DNA of 64,000 bases. It comes from Hyaloraphidium curvatum SAG 235-1 (taxonomy: Eukaryota; Fungi; Monoblepharomycota). The stretch covers positions 248,001 to 312,000 of the forward strand of contig JAIVFI010000009.1 of the NCBI GenBank assembly GCA_025558095.1, written 5' to 3'. Positions 61,238 to 64,000 of this stretch are shown piece by piece. The notes under the pieces were generated by a model that searched no databases, was not told where the DNA came from, and was given only the letters and a program-made list of their open reading frames with translations. Made by a program: the position numbers and the translations under genes. Positions within the stretch are counted from its first letter, which is position 1, and every line of letters begins with the position of its first letter.

Positions 61238-61853
61238 TCACTCCTTCTTGGGAATAAATGGCGGGTCCACGATCCTCTCGCCGTCCTTTGCGCGCCATTT
61301 CTTGGCCTCGGTCACGTCCCAGACCGGCCTGCGACCAAGGAGTTTGAGCCAGGGGCACCTCCCCGCCAGCACGCCGGGCACCCACTTATCCGACTGCGTG
61401 TCCTCCCTCATCTTGGCAAACATGGCCTCCATCTTCTTCTTGTGGACGTCGGGCGGGTCTATCCGGTTCTCGTAGCCCTTTTCCCGGAGAAGCTTGCCCA
61501 GCTCCCTAGCGTTGTTCGAGGGCCCACATAAGACACGGCACCGCCAGAAGAGGATCCAACAAGGTCTGCCCACTCGTCTTTCGGGGTCGTTTTCGTCATG
61601 AGGACCCATCCTATTCCCAAGATGATACTGCAGGCATCGGGGCGTCCGGTCAGGCCAGCTCTCCTCCGCAGGCCGGGAACGGGGGCAAATCAAAACGCAC
61701 GCAGTGTAGGCAGTTCCCCGGAGGAGAATGTCGGCCGTGGAACGGGCCGGCTGCAAGATCGGGGGCGGGTCCGTCGGCAAGGGAGGAGCGGCGATGTGGC
61801 ATCGTGAGCCTCCGGCCGCGGCAGTCCGACAGCAGGCGCGGTGCCTGGTCCAT
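61238..61853 (-). CDS. CBP4-like mitochondrial complex III assembly factor (start uncertain)
   Basis: Spliced AIILGIGWVLMTKTTPKDE...EDTQSDKPVW resembles the TM-TTP...KP(I/V)W pattern of Cbp4. Confidence 0.55.
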
Positions 61854-61993
61854 GGAAGCTTACGGGAAGCGGTCGCAATGGTCTTGCTGACATCTCGGTG
61901 GCTCGACAACGGGGGAAGTTTGATTGAAGACGCCTGAGACTCGACGATCGACTCACTCGACTCACTCCTATCATCTCGCGCGTGGCGGACAGG

Positions 61994-63368
61994 ATGGCGC
62001 TGGCCGAAGCCAACGCGCAGTACGCGACGGGCGTCTACTTCCGACTGACGCAGGGCGGCGTGCTTCAGCACGTGCAGCCCGGGCAGCTCACGGACCTGCT
62101 GCGGCGTACGCGTCTCCCGGACCCGGTCCTGGCGACAATGTGGCAGATTGCCAACCCGAACTCGCTCCCGCTGGACAAGGACGGCATTTCTGGAGTGCTG
62201 AGGCTCGTGTCATGCTTCCAAAACCAGCTGGATTGGCAGACGCTGGCGCCCAGCGAGCCCGTGCCCCTGCCTCGGATCGACGGGCGAGTCGGAGTTTCGC
62301 TCGGACGGGACGACGCGTCCTTACGCGTGTTGCTACCCTAGACTTCCAGCGGAGGACATTCTGCCGGCCAGGCTGCTGACGCAAATTAGCATTCAAGGCC
62401 AGGCAACGAACGTCGGAGTTCGCGTCGAGGCCAAACCGATGCTTTCGGGCCAGGGTAACGCGTCCCGGACGTCGCTCAACTCGGAAGTCGCGATGGTTTG
62501 TCGCGCCGTCGCTCGCCCTGCTCTGGCTTACCTTGGGGTGCTGCAGGAGGAGGCGGACTTCCGGCTGACGCCCGCCGAGAAGTTCGAGGCCGAGTCTGCC
62601 TTCCAAAAGTACTCCAACGGAACGACGCATGTCCGCGTCGGCGGGCTTGAGGAGCTGTACCTCAAGTCCGGGCTCCAACGGACGGACTGGAACAAGGTGC
62701 GGCAACGTGGGGTTCATTGGGGAGCCCGAGACTCACATTCAGCCCTTCATACAGATCTGCGAGCTCATCGACTGGCAAAAACTAGGCCAGATCGACCAGA
62801 ATCAGATGTCATATCTCCTTCACCTCGTGAATGAGCGTAAACGAGGCCGCAGGCTGCCGACCTCCATTCCCAGCGACGTCATCCTTGCCATCTACCTGGG
62901 CGCAAATAAGGGGTCCAGTGGTAGCTCGGGTGGGTGAAAAGGTGGCGTCCGCAAAGATCGTCAGTAACGTATGCCCCGAATGCGCCAGCCGGCGCCTCCG
63001 TCAGAACCGAGATGTCAGCAAAACCGTCCCAAGCTTCCATGTCCTCCCTCAGCAGTCTCACATCGTCTTCGTTCGAGTTGTCCGCCAATCCTGCGGATAA
63101 GAAGGAGCCCGCTTTGCCGCGGGAGGACGCGGCAAAATCCCCTGCTTCGCTTCCCAAGACCACGAGGGAGACTGTTGATTCCAGCGAATCGGACTTCCGA
63201 TCATTGTTGCGCTATGCGCAGGCAGAGAAGGACCAGCTGGGCCTCCATCATCAGGCATTGGAGCGAGAGCTGAAGGGTCTCCAGACCCAGGTCGACCTCT
63301 ACAGAAAGGAGCTCCTGCCCGCAGCGGAGCGAGGAACCCGTCTGCTGGAATCCCTGGGAATCCGATGA
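61994..63368 (+). CDS. EH-domain protein with C-terminal coiled coil
   Basis: LPDPVLATMWQIA and SGLQRTDWNKICELIDW...LHLV...GRRLPTSIP EH-like domains. Confidence 0.75.
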
Positions 63369-63451
63369 CCATGTCGGTCAGCTGAAACAAATCCTTCTTG
63401 ACCGGCGGGCAACCATGGCCTGATTCGCGCGACCAAGTCAGGCTCCGCCAC

Positions 63452-64000
63452 TCATTCTTGCGCTTGCGCTGCCCGCCCTGTTCTGCGGTGCGGCTCCGTT
63501 TGACCAGCTCGGACCGGCTCTTCCTGCTCGCCGTTGTCTAAATCGGCGGGCGGCGGCGCGCCTTCGGGCTCGTCCGGCGGCGGGGGCGGGAGCAGGTCAC
63601 GAAGGCGGGAGCGTTCCTTGGCGAGTACCAGATCAAAATCTCGCCAAGCCAGATACGCCAGCGGCACGAGGACGAAGAAGGGGATCAGGTTCCCATAGAT
63701 GCAGCCGTAGGGTATGCTCGAGGAGAGAAAGAGTGTCGAATATGATGCTGTGAAGTGGGAAACCACCACCAGGGCAATGCGCGCCAGAGACCGCGTCCGA
63801 TACGCGTCAAAGGCCAGCATGGCCCACACTATGTTGAGCAGTATGAAGATGCCGGTTGTGAAGGCTGCGGTGCGACTTAGTCGCCTTACTCATGTGGGCG
63901 CGCCGGAACAACCCACCGGCGATGAACGCCATCGGCGTCTCCGGACACGGCCGAGAAAAGACGACGGCAGGTCCGATCGTGCTCACCAGAAGCGTCGTGT
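63452..64000 (-). CDS. APH1: gamma-secretase subunit APH-1 homolog (5' part outside the window)
   Basis: IGPA...AFTTGIFILLNIVWAMLAFDAY...VVVSHFTASYSTL aligns by eye with APH-1 TM5-6 (LLHxFWxxxxFDA...SH). Confidence 0.75.

Overview
This is a very gene-dense, GC-rich eukaryotic nuclear region with short (~50-60 nt) spliceosomal introns. The gene content (KNTC1/Rod, APH-1, UBAP1, NUDCD1, an NPSN-type SNARE, lanosterol synthase, fungal SYP1/CBP4/BUD22/Mug154-like genes) suggests an early-diverging, chytrid-like fungus; this taxon call is an inference. About 33 protein genes were identified by eye from motifs. Exon boundaries are approximate, and multi-exon genes are given as start-to-stop spans. 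Almost all of the window is conserved housekeeping content. The exception is a ~5 kb accessory island between BUD22 and eIF5A (29040-34040) with three parts: (i) an unexplained 1.4 kb segment; (ii) an intron-rich orphan gene with a divergent GIY-YIG-like nuclease motif set followed by basic peptide repeats, each on its own symmetric phase-1 exon; (iii) a 682-bp element with perfect 30-bp inverted repeats enclosing an intronless RING/U-box-like ORF. Other notable points are frequent GC-AG introns, a NUDCD1 apparently lacking its CS domain, and convergent gene pairs whose stop codons are only ~30 nt apart. No rRNA, tRNA or CRISPR array was recognised.
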